A stretch of 63,722 nucleotides of DNA, filler included, from Conidiobolus incongruus B7586 (taxonomy: Eukaryota): assembly GCA_000697335.1 (NCBI GenBank). It is 29 parts of 29 records of this genome, joined end to end, with 100 filler letters (N's around TTAATTAATTAA, not from the genome) between each part and the next. Parts side by side here need not be neighbours in the genome. Positions count along the whole stretch, not along the records: positions 13,217 to 15,031 come from JNEM01000449.1; positions 15,132 to 16,554 come from JNEM01000450.1; positions 16,655 to 17,881 come from JNEM01000451.1; positions 17,982 to 19,433 come from JNEM01000454.1; positions 19,534 to 20,700 come from JNEM01000455.1; positions 20,801 to 22,390 come from JNEM01000456.1; positions 22,491 to 23,544 come from JNEM01000457.1; positions 23,645 to 24,701 come from JNEM01000460.1; 21 more parts are not named here. The stretch is one strand, 5' to 3'. The position numbers and the translations under genes are program-made. Shown here one piece after another: positions 13,117-27,549 of this stretch; within the stretch, counting starts at the first letter, position 1; each line of letters starts with the position of its first letter. The notes under the pieces were generated by a model. That model saw only the letters and a program-made list of their open reading frames with translations, had not been told where the DNA came from and searched no databases.

Positions 13117-13216
13117 NNNNNNNNNNNNNNNNNNNNNNNNNNNNNNNNNNNNNNNNNNNNTTAATTAATTAANNNNNNNNNNNNNNNNNNNNNNNNNNNN
13201 NNNNNNNNNNNNNNNN

Positions 13217-15031
13217 TAGATATATATTATTTTTAAGCATAGGATATCTTTATAAGGTTAATATGGGAAATATTGTAAAGTTACATATTTTACTGTATAA
13301 TATATTATACATTCAAACAAAATATTAAATAATATTATTAATGTGGAAATGAAATTTTGGTATAATTTGAAAATTAAAACTAAATAAAAAAATCAATAAA
13401 TAATAAATAAAAATTGATGAATTATATAATATTAATAACCTTCTTTATTATTAATAACTCTGTTCAATATCTTTAATAAGCTTTTAATACCTAAAAAAGA
13501 GTTTTTTAATTAAAGTTTGAAAATTAATATTTTATGAATAAATTTAATTTTGCAAAGATTATTTTTTATCAGTTATTTCATAATTTTCTAAAACAATTGT
13601 GATTATATAGGTTATAATTAGGTGAATATATAAGATATAGTAACTCCCACTATTTTTTTATATAAAAAACCTTTTACTGCTTTAATTTTATATATTTTAT
13701 AATTATTATGCAAAATAATAAGTATTATCAATCTATTTTAAGAATACTATTTAGAAATTGATTTATTTAAAAAGATAATATATAATTTACTATTAATTTA
13801 TTTTTCTTAAGATATTAAATAAATTTACCATATATTTTTATAATTTATTATAGTAAATAACTTTCATTTTTATTCAAAATACTTATTTATTGGAATTTAT
13901 AAAAGGGACTGATTTAGTTTAACCTAATATCTAGTTTTTTAATAGGTAAAGAATTATTTAAAAAAATCTATAATTCATTAATTATAAGTATTTATTATAA
14001 AAACCATTGTTTTAGTTATATCTTAAAAAGTTTAGTTTAACTATAGCTATTTTAGTTTTCTTTTAGGCTTGTGTTAAATTATAAGATATCTATTTTATAT
14101 TTTTATTCATTATTATAAGTATAAACTTAAGTAAATATAACATGCTTATATAATCAAGATTGAATTATTTCGATAATTTTTTAACAAAAATAAAAGAGTA
14201 TTTCTTAATATATTTCTTTACTTTAATAATAAGTAAAAGTATAATAATAATAATTAATATTTTAGATTTTGGTAAATTTCAAATAATATCCTTTCTAGCT
14301 TTAAAATTACAAATCTAGCAATATATGGTAGTTTTAGATAAAATATAAATTCCATAAGCTGTTTGCAAGTTTTTGATAATTATAGATGGTTTATGGTTAA
14401 GTTTTGAAGATATAATAATCAAAATATTCTGATAAACACAATTTAGTTTAAATATGATTAAATTTAAGTATTAATTTTAAACTCAAAATATTATAATAAA
14501 AATAATTAAAAATAAATATATATAGTTTGAAAATGATTATTTTCCTATATATTGTATATTAAAAATTGGTTCAAAATAAATAATATATTTAATAGATAAG
14601 AAATTGAAAAAATTTTCTATTTTCTATTTTAATAATATTAATTAAACAAAATTTGATATTAACTTCCAACAATATAATGCCCTTTGTTATAATATAATTT
14701 TGATTATAAAATATCTTAAAATAACAAATTAACTGGTTTAAAATAGATTTTTTAATCTTTTAATCTTAATATATTTAATCTTTAGTATAAAAAAAATATT
14801 AAATTTTTCCTTTGTATAAAAAATTCAAAATGTACTTCAAATTATATTCAAAAATTTTTAAATAATATTAGTTTTACTTAATATAAAAAATTATTAGAAT
14901 TAATATCTTATAAATTTAAAGATTTTAAAAAATAATATTGGATATACTAATTATTAATTTTTTATAAATATTAATAATTGCAAATATATATCTTTTTTTA
15001 AATTTACATTTAATTTTAATTTATTAAATAA
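13217..15031 (+). mobile_element. Older Tc1-like copy split by a mariner insertion
   Basis: 13217-13335 matches Tc1 12503-12620; 14635-15000 continues the Tc1 (FQQYNAL at ~14664). Confidence 0.65.
13338..14632 (-). mobile_element. Full-length mariner, subfamily A2 (~1.3 kb)
   Basis: TA-flanked termini TTAATGTGGAAAT / TTAAAATAGAAAAT (reverse complement); minus strand reads WELLYLIYSPNYNLY at ~13605-13650. Confidence 0.8.
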
Positions 15032-15252
15032 NNNNNNNNNNNNNNNNNNNNNNNNNNNNNNNNNNNNNNNNNNNNTTAATTAATTAANNNNNNNNNNNNN
15101 NNNNNNNNNNNNNNNNNNNNNNNNNNNNNNNTTATTTAAATTAGTGTTTATCAAAATATTATATATTCTATATAATAATTATTATATAATAATATTTAAA
15201 TTTATTTAGATAAAAACTTATAAATATATGAAATATTAATTTTAATTATAAA

Positions 15253-16554
15253 TTAACTTGCAAAAATAAGTTATAATATTAAAAACACTTATATTTTTAC
15301 TAATGACTTAAATAATATTTAATAAAATAAACCTAAATTAAATAATTAAAATCTATTTTATTTATTAATTATATATATCATTAAATGATAATATTTAGAT
15401 ATTAATTGGTTAAAATATAAACTCTTAAATTTTACCTAAGGTGAGTTATAAATTTATAGGTTTTTGGTGATAAAAAAAAATTAAAACAATATATCTACCT
15501 TTAACTTTTCTAACTTCTTTAAGTTTGTGGGGTATAAAATCAATTAACTTCTTATATTAAGAAGGGTTAATCTTGTTCTATACTTCTTAAACATATTTCT
15601 AAAGTTGATTTAAATCTTTTATTAGGGGGAAAACTTTAATAATTTTTTTAATTAATCCTAAAGGTATTTAATTAGATTAAAGTTAAGAGATTAAAGAAGC
15701 TACTTTATTACTATTATCTTGTAATTTTTAAGCTATTTGGTAATAAAAGCTATAGTATAGCAAGAGGTATTATCTTGCTGGAAAATAACATTAGATTTAT
15801 TTAACCTATATTGTTCAATGGTTTTTTTCAATTTATTATTTAAAATACTTTAGTATATCTTAGTATTAATTCCTTTATTAACTTTATAAAGATACCTTAC
15901 ACCTAAAGATAATATATATCCCTAAACAATAATTAACCCATTATTATACTTTTGGGTAAAATTAACATAATAGTCACAAAGTAGTTTTACATCTTTTCTA
16001 AAGTATCTAGCTTTTTTATCAAATTTATTAAAGTATATTTTTATTTCATTAAATTAAATAACCATACTTTAATTAGTTTTAGTTTAATATTAATAGCAAT
16101 ATTTAAACTCCTACCTAGCTTTATAATGGGATTTTTTTATTTGGGGGTGTTTTTTCTTAAAGTGTAAGTAGTATCTATGCTAATATAAAGCATGTATAAT
16201 AGTATCAGTGCTAATTAATATTTTTGTATAGTCTTACAATTCTTGCTATATTTCTATAATAATACCACACTTACCTGTATTAATTAACCTATAGATATAC
16301 TCTTTATTATATTTATCTCTAATCTTAACACACTTAAGTTTAAGTTTAAATGTTTTTTTATTGCTATTCTTAATAGCTTTAACTATAGTAAACTAGCTAA
16401 CACTAGTAATTCTAAAAATATCACAAGTTAATTTACTTTTTTTATAAAGTTAATTGATGTATAAGTATATTTTTTTATAAAGGAATTAGGTATAATAATA
16501 CTAATAAAAAAAATTTAGTATATTTATAAAATATTATATAAAATAATAACAAAG
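15253..16554 (-). mobile_element. Tc1-like B1 copy (least mutated)
   Basis: Terminus TTAACTTGCAAAAATAAGTTATAA; minus strand retains VIFQQDNTSC at ~15760-15789. Confidence 0.9.
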
Positions 16555-16654
16555 NNNNNNNNNNNNNNNNNNNNNNNNNNNNNNNNNNNNNNNNNNNNTT
16601 AATTAATTAANNNNNNNNNNNNNNNNNNNNNNNNNNNNNNNNNNNNNNNNNNNN

Positions 16655-17881
16655 AAAATTATAATTATATATATTATTATCAATAACTCTATTAATTCTT
16701 AATCAAATTAATTTAAATTAAAATATATAATAAACTTATAATATTTATTTATAATTAAGTATATTTAATCTAATTATATTAACTTTTAGTTGATATATTA
16801 AAATTTAAATTTTATCTAAGATGAGTTATAAATTTGTGTATTTTAGTTATAGAAAGAAAATTAAAACTTAGTATATCTATCTTTTGCTTTCTTAACTTCC
16901 TTAAGTTTATAAGGTATAAAGTCAATTAACTACTTATATTAAAAAAGATTAATTTTGTTCTAAGCTTCTTAAATATATTTCCAAACCTTATTTAAATTTT
17001 TTGTTGGTGGGAAAGCTTGAATTATTTTTTTTAACTAATCCTAAAAATATTTAATTAGATTAAAATTAAAAGATTAAAGAAGCTACTTCATAACTATTAT
17101 TTTATTATTTTTAAACCATTTGGTAATAGAAATAATAATATAACAAAAGGTATTATCTTATTAAAAAATAACATCTGATTTATTTAACCTATATTATTCA
17201 ATAGTTTTTCTAATTCATTATTTAAAATATTTTATTATATCTCAATATTAACTCCTTTAATAACTTTATAAAAATACCTTATATTAAAAGATAATATATA
17301 TCTTTAAACTATAATTAATCTATCATTATATTTTTGGGTTAAAGTAATATAATGGTTATAAAGTAGTTTTTTGTTTTTTCTGAAATATCTAGTTTTTTTA
17401 TTAGATTTACTAAAATATATTTTTGTTTTATTAAATTAATTAATCTTACTCTAATTAATTTTAATTCAATTATAATAGTGATATTTAAACTCTTACCTAG
17501 TTTTATAATAGGACTTTTTTAGTTAGGGGTGTTTTTTCTTAAAAATACAAGTGGTATCTATTATAATATAAAGTATATATAATAATATTAATACTAACTA
17601 ATATTTTTATATAGTCTTATAATTCTTTTTATATTTCTATAGCAATATTATATTTACCTATACTAACTAACTTATAAATATACCTTTTATCATGTTTATT
17701 TATAATCCTAGTATATTTAAGTTTAAGTTTAGATATATCTTTATTATAATTTTTAATAACCTTAACTATAATAAGCTAGCTAGCACTAGTAATTCCAATA
17801 ATCTTATAAATTAATTAACTTTTATTATAAAGTTGATTAATATACAAGTAAATCATTTTAAAGAGAGATTTAAGTATTTTA
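16655..17881 (-). mobile_element. Tc1-like B2 copy
   Basis: Reverse complement collinear with 11930-13110. Confidence 0.87.
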
Positions 17882-17981
17882 NNNNNNNNNNNNNNNNNNN
17901 NNNNNNNNNNNNNNNNNNNNNNNNNTTAATTAATTAANNNNNNNNNNNNNNNNNNNNNNNNNNNNNNNNNNNNNNNNNNNN

Positions 17982-19433
17982 CTTATATTAAACTATATAA
18001 TTAATATATATTTTTTATTTATAATATAATATATAAAGTTAAATTTGATTAATTATTAATTGATATATTAAAATTAAAAGTATATTTAAAATGAGTTATA
18101 AATTTGTGAGTTTTAGTATTGATAAAAAAATTAATATCTAATATATCTATCTTTTGTTTTTCTAACTTCTTTAAGTTTGTGGGATATAGAGTCAACTAGC
18201 TTTTTATATTAAGCAAGACTAATATTATTCTAAGTTTTTTAAATATACTCTTAAAGTTAATTTAAATTTTTTGTTAGGGGGAAAGCTTTAATTGATTTTT
18301 TAGTTAATCCCAAAAATGTTTAATTAAGTTAAAATTAAAAGATTAAGGAAATTATTTCATAATAGTTATTTTGTTATTTTTAAGTTATTTAATAGTAGAA
18401 TTTATAATATAACAAGGTATATTATTTTGTTAGAAAATAATATTTGATTTTTTTAATCTATACCACTCAATAGTTTTTTTCAATTTATTATTTAGAATAT
18501 TTTAGTATATCTCAATATTAATTCCTCTATTAACCTTATAAAGATACCTTATACCTAAAGATAACATACATCCTTAAATTATAATTAACCCACTATTATA
18601 TTTTTGGGTTATAATAACATAATGGTTATAAAATAGTTTTTTATCTTTTTTGAAATATCTAGCTTTTTTATTAAATCTATTAAAATATATCTTTGCTTTA
18701 TTAGATTAAATAACTTTACTTTAATTAGTTTTAGTTTAATTTTAATATTGATATTTAAACTCCCATCTAGCTTTACAATAAAAGTTCTTTAGTTGGGGGT
18801 GTTTTTTCTTAAGATATAAGTAGTATCTATTCTAACATAAAGTATGTATAATAATATTAGTATTAACTAATATTCTTATATAGTCTTATAATTCTTATTG
18901 CATTTTTACAATAATATTACATTTACTTATACTAACTAATCTACAAATATACTTTTTATCATGTTTATTTATGATTTTAATATACTTAAGTTTTAGTTTA
19001 GGTGTTTTTTTAACATTGTTCTTAATAACCATAACTATAGTAGATTAGCTAATACTAGTAATTCTAGCAATCTTATAAGTTGATTTATTTTCATTATCAA
19101 GTTGATTATTATATAAATAAACTTTTTTAAAGAGAGATTTAAACATTATAATATTAATTTTAAAATATAAGCTTAATAGTTTTATAATATATATAATATA
19201 ATAAAAGAAAAAGAAGATATATACAAGTTTTGTTATTTATACCCTTTTAACTTATAAACTCATAAATTTATTACTCATTTTTGTTAAATTTTAAGTTTTA
19301 ATATATTAACCAATAGCTAATGAAATATAATCAAATATAGTTAGTTATAATTAATTAAAATAGATAAATTATATATTTTAATTTAAATTTATTTAATTAA
19401 GAATTATTTAAGATATAGGTAAATATTTAAGTA
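17982..19433 (-). mobile_element. Tc1-like B2 copy
   Basis: Close reverse complement of 11735-13100 including both inner DRs. Confidence 0.88.
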
Positions 19434-19533
19434 NNNNNNNNNNNNNNNNNNNNNNNNNNNNNNNNNNNNNNNNNNNNTTAATTAATTAANNNNNNNNNNN
19501 NNNNNNNNNNNNNNNNNNNNNNNNNNNNNNNNN

Positions 19534-20700
19534 GATATTTAGTTATTAATTAGTTAAAATATAAACCATTAAATTTTATTTATAATAAGTTATAAATTTA
19601 TAGGTTTTTAGTGATAAAATAAAATTAAAACTTAGTATATTTATCTTTAACTTTTTTAACTTCTTTAAGTTTATAAGGTATAAAATCAATTAACTTCTTA
19701 TATTAAAAAAGGTTAATTTTATTTTATCCTTCTTAAATATATTTTTAAAGTTGATTTAAATTTTTTACTAAAGGGAAAACTTTAATAGCTTTTTTAACTA
19801 ATTTTAAAGATGTTTAATTAAATTAAAGTTAAAAGATTAAAAAAGCCACTTTATAATTATTATTTTGTTATTTTTAAGCTATTTGGTAATAATAGTTATA
19901 ATATAACAAAAGGTATTATCTTATTAGAAAATAATATTAGATTTGTTTAACTTATATTATATAATAGTTTTTTCAATTTATTGTTTAGAATACTTTAGTA
20001 TATTTTAGTATTAATTTTTTATTAACTTTATAAAGATATTCTACACTTAAAAATAACTTATATCTTTAAATAATAATTAACTTATTATTATACTTTTAGG
20101 TAAAATTAACATGATAGTTATAAAGTAATTTTATAACTTTTTTAAAGTATTAAGTTTTTTTATTAGATTTACTAAAATATATTTTTATTTTATTAAACTA
20201 AATAACTTTACTCTAATTAATTTTAGTTTAATATTAATAGTAATATTTAAACTCTTATTTAGTTTTATAATAGGATTTCTTTAGTTAGGGGTGTTTTTTC
20301 TTAAAATATAACTGGTATCTATATTAATATAAAATATATATGATAGTATCAGTGTTAATTAATATTCTTATATAGTTTTATAATTCTTACTATATTTCTA
20401 TAGTAATATTATATTTACTTGTATTAACTAACTTATAGATATACTTCTTATTATATTTATTTATAATTTTAATATGTTTAAGTTTAAGTTTAAAGGTTTT
20501 TTTATTATTATTCTTAATAACCTTAGTTATAATAAACTAGCTAACACTAGTAATTCTAGTAATATCATAATTTGATTTATCTTCTTTATAAAGTTAATTA
20601 ATACACAAGTAAATTTTTTAAAGAGGGATTTAAGTATAATAATATTAATAAAAAAAATTTAGTATATCTGTAAAATATTATATAAAATAATAACAAAAAG
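19534..20700 (-). mobile_element. Tc1-like B1 copy
   Basis: Collinear with 15390-16554; retains Trp of the WPPQSP motif (reverse complement of AAGCCACTTT ~19843). Confidence 0.87.
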
Positions 20701-20800
20701 NNNNNNNNNNNNNNNNNNNNNNNNNNNNNNNNNNNNNNNNNNNNTTAATTAATTAANNNNNNNNNNNNNNNNNNNNNNNNNNNNNNNNNNNNNNNNNNNN

Positions 20801-21749
20801 TTATTATATATTTTTTATATTATAATAAATACTACTTATATTTTAAAAATACACCCCTAATTAAAAAAGTCTTATTATAAAGTTAAATGAGAGTTTAAAT
20901 GTTATCACTAAAGTTAAACTAAAACTAATTAAAATAATATTATTTAGTTTAATAAAACAAAAATATATTTTAGTAAATTTAATAAAAAAGCTATATATTT
21001 CAAAAAAGATAAAGAATTACTTTATGACTATTATGTTATTTGAACCTAAAAATATATTAATAGGTTAATTATAATTTAAAAATATATATTATCTTCTAGT
21101 GTAGAGTATCTTTGTATAGTTAATAGGGGAATTAATATTAAAATATATTAAAATATTCTAAATATTAAATTAAAAAAAACTATTAAATAATATAGGTTAA
21201 ATAAATTAAATGTTATTTTCTAACAAGATAATACCTTTTGTTATATTATTATTTTTATTACCAAATAGTTTAAAAATAATAAAATAACAGTTATAATATA
21301 GTTTCCTTAATTTTTTAACTTTAATTGAATTAAATACCTTTGGGATTAGTTAAAAAAAGTAATTAAAAACTTCCCCACCAAAAAAAATTTAAATAAGCTT
21401 TAAAAATCTTTTAAAGAAACTTAAAACAAAATTAATTTTTTTTAATATAAGAAATTAATTGACTTTATACCTTATAAACTTAAAGAGGTTAGAAAAGTAA
21501 AAGATAAATATATTAAGTTTTAATTTTCTTTCTATAATTAAAATATATAAATTTATCACTTATATTAAATACAGTTTAAACTTTAATATATCAATTAAAA
21601 GATAATATAATTAAATTAAATATATTTAATTATAAATTAATAATATAAGTTTATTATATATTTTAATTTAAATTAATTTAATTAAGAATTAACAGAGTTA
21701 TTGATAAAAATATATATAATCATAATTTTATAACTTTTATAAGCCAATG
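20801..21749 (+). mobile_element. Tc1-like B2 copy, 3' part with terminus
   Basis: IF*QDNT at ~21215, YLWD at ~21335; terminal ...TTTTATAACTTTTATAAGCCAATG then TA. Confidence 0.83.
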
Positions 21750-23826
21750 TATATTAAATTAAAAGAATGGTAAATTTTCTAATTTTTAACTTTTTTAACG
21801 TTTTTATTATATTTACAAATAAAAATTATATAAAATTTATAGTGTCACAGATTGGGAGGTCAACTCATCTTTTAACCTTAATTATTTGTTAAGATTCCAG
21901 ATTTAATCCATTTACAAATATCAGGAACAATCCTTGCACAATGGAAAATTCCAGATTATAACAGTAATTAGAGTTTCATCATATTGAAATAAGATCAACC
22001 ACACTATAAACTAGTTATTTGACAGATATTTTTTGGACGATCATTTCAATCAAGGCTAAGCACTATATTTTGATATTTTAATAAAACCTCTTTAAAATAT
22101 CTTGTTAGTTGTTTTTGGCCTATTTCATTGAATTCATATAATCTTTATTGCAAGACTACTTTCCAAAAGCCTTGTAATACGTGAATTAGTAACTTAAACT
22201 ATATTTATCTATTTATAAATATTTTTTGATTAAAATATATTAATTTCAAAATTAATTATTAAATATAATTATAAATTAATTAAAAGATAATTATTAAGTA
22301 ATTATTTTAATATTATCATAAGTTAATCATATATTATTCAAAATAATTAAGTTCTTTTTATAGCTTAAAATGATAATATTTGATTTAAAANNNNNNNNNN
22401 NNNNNNNNNNNNNNNNNNNNNNNNNNNNNNNNNNTTAATTAATTAANNNNNNNNNNNNNNNNNNNNNNNNNNNNNNNNNNNNNNNNNNNNTAATATATTT
22501 CAAATATTGTAAATTTTGTCAAAATATTTATCACTTGTTATACAATAGTAATTGCAATATAATTTTAATAAAGAATCATTATTTTAAGCTATATTTAATA
22601 ATATTTCTAATGATTAATAATATCATAACTTTTATTAAAATTATAAGTATTTTAATTAATGAAAGTTGAAAAAATAGTCATTATTTCAAGTCCATTATAA
22701 TAAATTTATTCTCAAAATTAATAAAACTCTTTATTATAAATTATATATAATGGTTAATAATATTTTGGGTTATTTGAATGAATATGAGAAACGTAAAAGG
22801 TTATATTGAATAATTGATTATATTATCTATTTCTACCTAATATTTCATTTATTTTAACGATAATAATATTAAACTCACGAAATAATGAGTTTGTTAGCTA
22901 TAATTAATTTTAGTAATATTAGCATTTTGCTTACTTAATTAGAAAATTAATAATAATAAATTCCAAGATATTATAAAATTACCAAAATTCACTATTCTCT
23001 ATTTTTTTCAAATATAAACAGGAATTAAATAATGAGAATAAATTGTATTGCACTATATAAAAAATTCTTAAATATCATTTAAAATATTTAGAAATATTTT
23101 TTTAAATCTAGAGATGGAAATTATCAATATCGAATTTGGATATTAATATAGTCAATTTGATTTTGATTTAATGTCAATTATTGAAAATAATATTTTTATA
23201 TATTATTGGTAATATTAATTTGGTTAATTTATATTCCAAAAACCAAATAGGTTGAATCCGTTTTAAAATATAAGTTTAAATGATATGAATATTCAAATAA
23301 TATTATATTTATTGATAATCTATATATTTTTCAATTCTATGATTTTTTCAATTTATGGGTTATTTATATTAAATATATTATATTATTATATGTAATGGTA
23401 AAATATATGTTTAGAAAACAATTGTTTAATATTTTAACCTTATAAAATAATTAAATAGAATTATTTAAGATATTTAAAGTTTGAATTAAATATAATAATT
23501 AGAATAAAAATTATAAATATTATCAAACTATAGTTTTAATTCAGNNNNNNNNNNNNNNNNNNNNNNNNNNNNNNNNNNNNNNNNNNNNTTAATTAATTAA
23601 NNNNNNNNNNNNNNNNNNNNNNNNNNNNNNNNNNNNNNNNNNNNATAAATTAAACATTAACCTAAAATATAATATAATTTAAGAAAATAGAAATATAAGT
23701 GTATATAGAAGCTATTGTATATTAACATCATTAAATCATTTTACTTAAAATAAATTTAATTTAATTCAATTAAATTTTTAGTAATTTTTATTAATAAATT
23801 CATTTTAATAATTTTAAATAAAAATA

Positions 23827-24701
23827 TTACCCTGTAATTTTAATAATGGGAATTTTTTATGATTGAAAATAAATTAACATTTTAATATATAATATATAAC
23901 AATAAATTTAATAGTTTCTTTTATTATTAATAGCTTCTTGTTATATTATTAATAAACTCTTAATATTTAAAAAGCAGTTCTTTTCATTAAAGATTAAAAT
24001 TTGATATCTTATAAACTAATTAAATATTCCTATAGAAATTTTCTTTTTTATAAGCTAATTCTTTAATTACCTAAAGTAATTATAATCACATAGGTTATAA
24101 TCTAAAGAATATATTAGATGTGGTAGTTTTTTCCAGTTATTTCTAATGAAAAAGTTACTTTATAGTTTTAAATTTATATATTTTGTAATTATCATATATA
24201 ATAATAAGTTTTCTTATATTATATTAAAAATATCAATTAAAAATACTTTTATTTAGAAAAACAATATAATACTTACTATTAATTGATTTCTTTTAAAAAA
24301 TTAAATAAGAATAGCATATATTATTATATTTTATTATAATAACTAATATTTGTTTATTAATAAAATATTAATTTAAAAAGATTTATAAAAAGGGTTAATT
24401 TAACTTAATTTAGTATTTTGATTTGGGCTTTAATAAAAGATTATATAAAATAGTTTAAAATTCATCAATTTTACTTAATTATTATAAAAGCTTAAATTTC
24501 TAAAAATATTGTAGTAAGTTATGTTTAATAATAGCTATTTTAATTTTTTTAAGCTTTAGTTAAATTATAAGATATTTATTTTATATATTTATTTATTAAT
24601 TTAAATTTAAACTTTAAAATATTTAAAATACTTATAATACTAATATTAAAGTATTTTGATAATTCTTTAACTAAATTAAAAAGATCTTTTTTAATATATT
24701 A
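23827..24701 (-). mobile_element. mariner A1 copy
   Basis: TA + TTACCCTGTAATTTTAATAATGGGAATTTTTT; minus strand reads NWKKLPHLIYSLDYNLCDYN at ~24080-24138. Confidence 0.88.
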
Positions 24702-24801
24702 NNNNNNNNNNNNNNNNNNNNNNNNNNNNNNNNNNNNNNNNNNNNTTAATTAATTAANNNNNNNNNNNNNNNNNNNNNNNNNNNNNNNNNNNNNNNNNNN
24801 N

Positions 24802-26368
24802 TTAGTTTGTAAAAATAAGTTATAATATTATAATTATATATATTTTTATCAATAACTGTTAATTTTTAATCAAATTAATTTAAATTAAAATATATAATAG
24901 ACTTATATTATTTATTAATAATTAAATATATTTGATCTAATTATATTAACTTCTAGTTAATATATTAAAAATCTAATTTTACTTAAGATAAGTTATAAAT
25001 TATATATTTTGATTATGGAAAGATAATTAAAGCTTAGTATATTTATCTTTTGCTTTTCCAACTTCCTTTAATTTATGGGGTATAAAGTTAATTAACTATC
25101 TATATTAAGAAAGATTAATTTTATTTTAAGTTTCTTAAATTTATTCCTAAAGCTTATTTAAATTTTTTGTTAATAGGAAAGCTTTAACTATTTTTTTAAT
25201 TAATCCCAAAAATATATAATTAGATTAAGGTTAAGGGATTAAAGAAACTATTTTATAACTATTATTTTATTATTTTTAAACTATTTGGTAATAAAAAAAA
25301 TAATATAACAAATGATATCATCTTGTTGGAAAATAATATTTGATTTTTTTAACCTATACTTTTCAATAGTGTTTTTTAATTTAATATTTAAAATATTTTG
25401 ATATATCTTAATACTAATTCCCTTATTAACTTTATATAGATACTATATATTAAAAGATAACATATATCCTTAAACTATAATTAACCTACTATTATATTTT
25501 TTGGGTTAGAATAATATAATGGTTATAAAGTAATTGTTTGTTTTTTTTTGAAATATCTAATTTTTTTTATTTAATCTACTAAAATATATTTTTATTTCAT
25601 TAGATTAAATAACTTTATTTTAATTAGTTTTAGTTTATCCTTAATAATAATATTTAAATTCTTATCTAGTTTTATAAGAGGACTTCTTTAATTAAGGGTA
25701 TTTTTTCTTAAAATATAAATGATATCTATTATAATATAGAGCATATATAATAATATTAATATTAACTAATATTCCTATATAGTCTTATAATTTTTTTATA
25801 TTCCTACAATAGTATTATATTTACTTATATTAACTAACCAATAAATATATCTTTTATTATATTTATTTATAAGCTTAATATGCTTAAATATAACTTTAAA
25901 TATATTCTTACTATAATTTTTAACAACCCTAGCTATAATAGACTAATTAACAGTAGTAATTATAATAATCTTATTAATTAATTTATCTTTATTATAAAGT
26001 TAATTAATATTTAAATGAATCTTTTTAAAGATGGATTTAGATATTATAATATTAATATTTTTTAAAATAATAATTCATAATAATAATAATACTACTATAT
26101 ATATAGTCTAATAAAAGAAAAAAAAATTAAGTAATTTTGGTTTTATATACCCTTTGAACTCTTAAATTAGCAAAATTATTACTCACCCTATTTAAAGTTT
26201 AAGAATTGATATATTAACCAATAATATATTAAATAAAATTAAATATAACCTATTATAATCAAGTAATATACCTTAATTATTCATTTTAATTTAAATTAAT
26301 TCAGTTAAGAATTATTTAAATTATAAGTAAATATATAGATAATTTTTATATTATAATTTGTTTTTATA
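24802..26368 (-). mobile_element. Near full-length Tc1-like B2 element
   Basis: Terminus TTAGTTTGTAAAAATAAGTTATAA, inner DRs ~24985 and ~26172-26190, degenerate opposite terminus at the contig end. Confidence 0.86.
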
Positions 26369-26468
26369 NNNNNNNNNNNNNNNNNNNNNNNNNNNNNNNN
26401 NNNNNNNNNNNNTTAATTAATTAANNNNNNNNNNNNNNNNNNNNNNNNNNNNNNNNNNNNNNNNNNNN

Positions 26469-27549
26469 TTTAATATATAGAATATAAAGACAAATATATA
26501 ATATAAATTGGAAAGTTTTTTTTATTATTCATAACTTTTTATAATATTTTAATAGAGATCTAATATTTAAAAAATAGTTCTTTTTATTAAAGATTAATAT
26601 TTAATATTTTATAAACTAATTAAATCTTTATATAGAAATCTTTTTTTATAAGCTAGTTTTTTAATTACTTAAAGTAATTATAATCATATAAGTTATAATC
26701 TGAAGGATATATTAGATATAATAGCTTTTTTTAGTTATTTTTAATTAGAAAGTTTTTTATAGCTTTAAATTTATATTTTTGTAATTATTATAGAAAATAA
26801 TGAATCTTCTTAAATTATATTAAAAATATTAATTAAAATACTTTTATTAAAATAGCAATATAAAGTTTATTATTAATTGATTTTTCTTCAAAAATTTAAT
26901 AAAGGTAGTAAATACTATTAACATTTATTATAATGATTAATATTCATTTATTAACAAAATATTTATTTAAAAGGATTTGTAGAGAGGGTTGATTTGGCTT
27001 AATCTAATATCTTGATTTTTGTTTTAATAAAGGATTATATATAAGAATTTAAAATTTATCAATTATAATTATTTATTATAAAAGTTTAAACTTCAAATAT
27101 TATTTTAATAAGTTTTGTTTAACAAAAACTACTTTAGCTTATTTTTAAGCTTGAGTTAAATTATAAGTTATTTATTTTATATTTTGATTTATTAATTTAA
27201 GTTTAAACTTTAATATATATAAAATACTTATAATACTAATATTAAAAAGATTAAATAATTCTTTAGATAAAATAAAAAGATATTTTTCAATATATTCTTT
27301 CATTTTATTAATATTTATAAAAATATTAATTGAAGTTAATCTTTTAAATGATAATATGTTTTTGATAGTTACTTTTTTAGCTTTAAAATAGTTAACCTAA
27401 TAATAAAATATTGATTTAGATAATATTTCATTATTAAAAGAAAATTATAAATTTTAAGTAATTTTAGAAAGCTTATGATTAAGTTTTATTAATACTTAAA
27501 TAAAAAACTTTTGATGATTATTATTTGGTTTAAATATTATTAAATTATA
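26469..27549 (-). mobile_element. mariner A1 copy
   Basis: Reverse complement collinear with 1-1075 (e.g. GGTTGATTTGGCTTAATCTAATATCTTGATTT). Confidence 0.86.
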
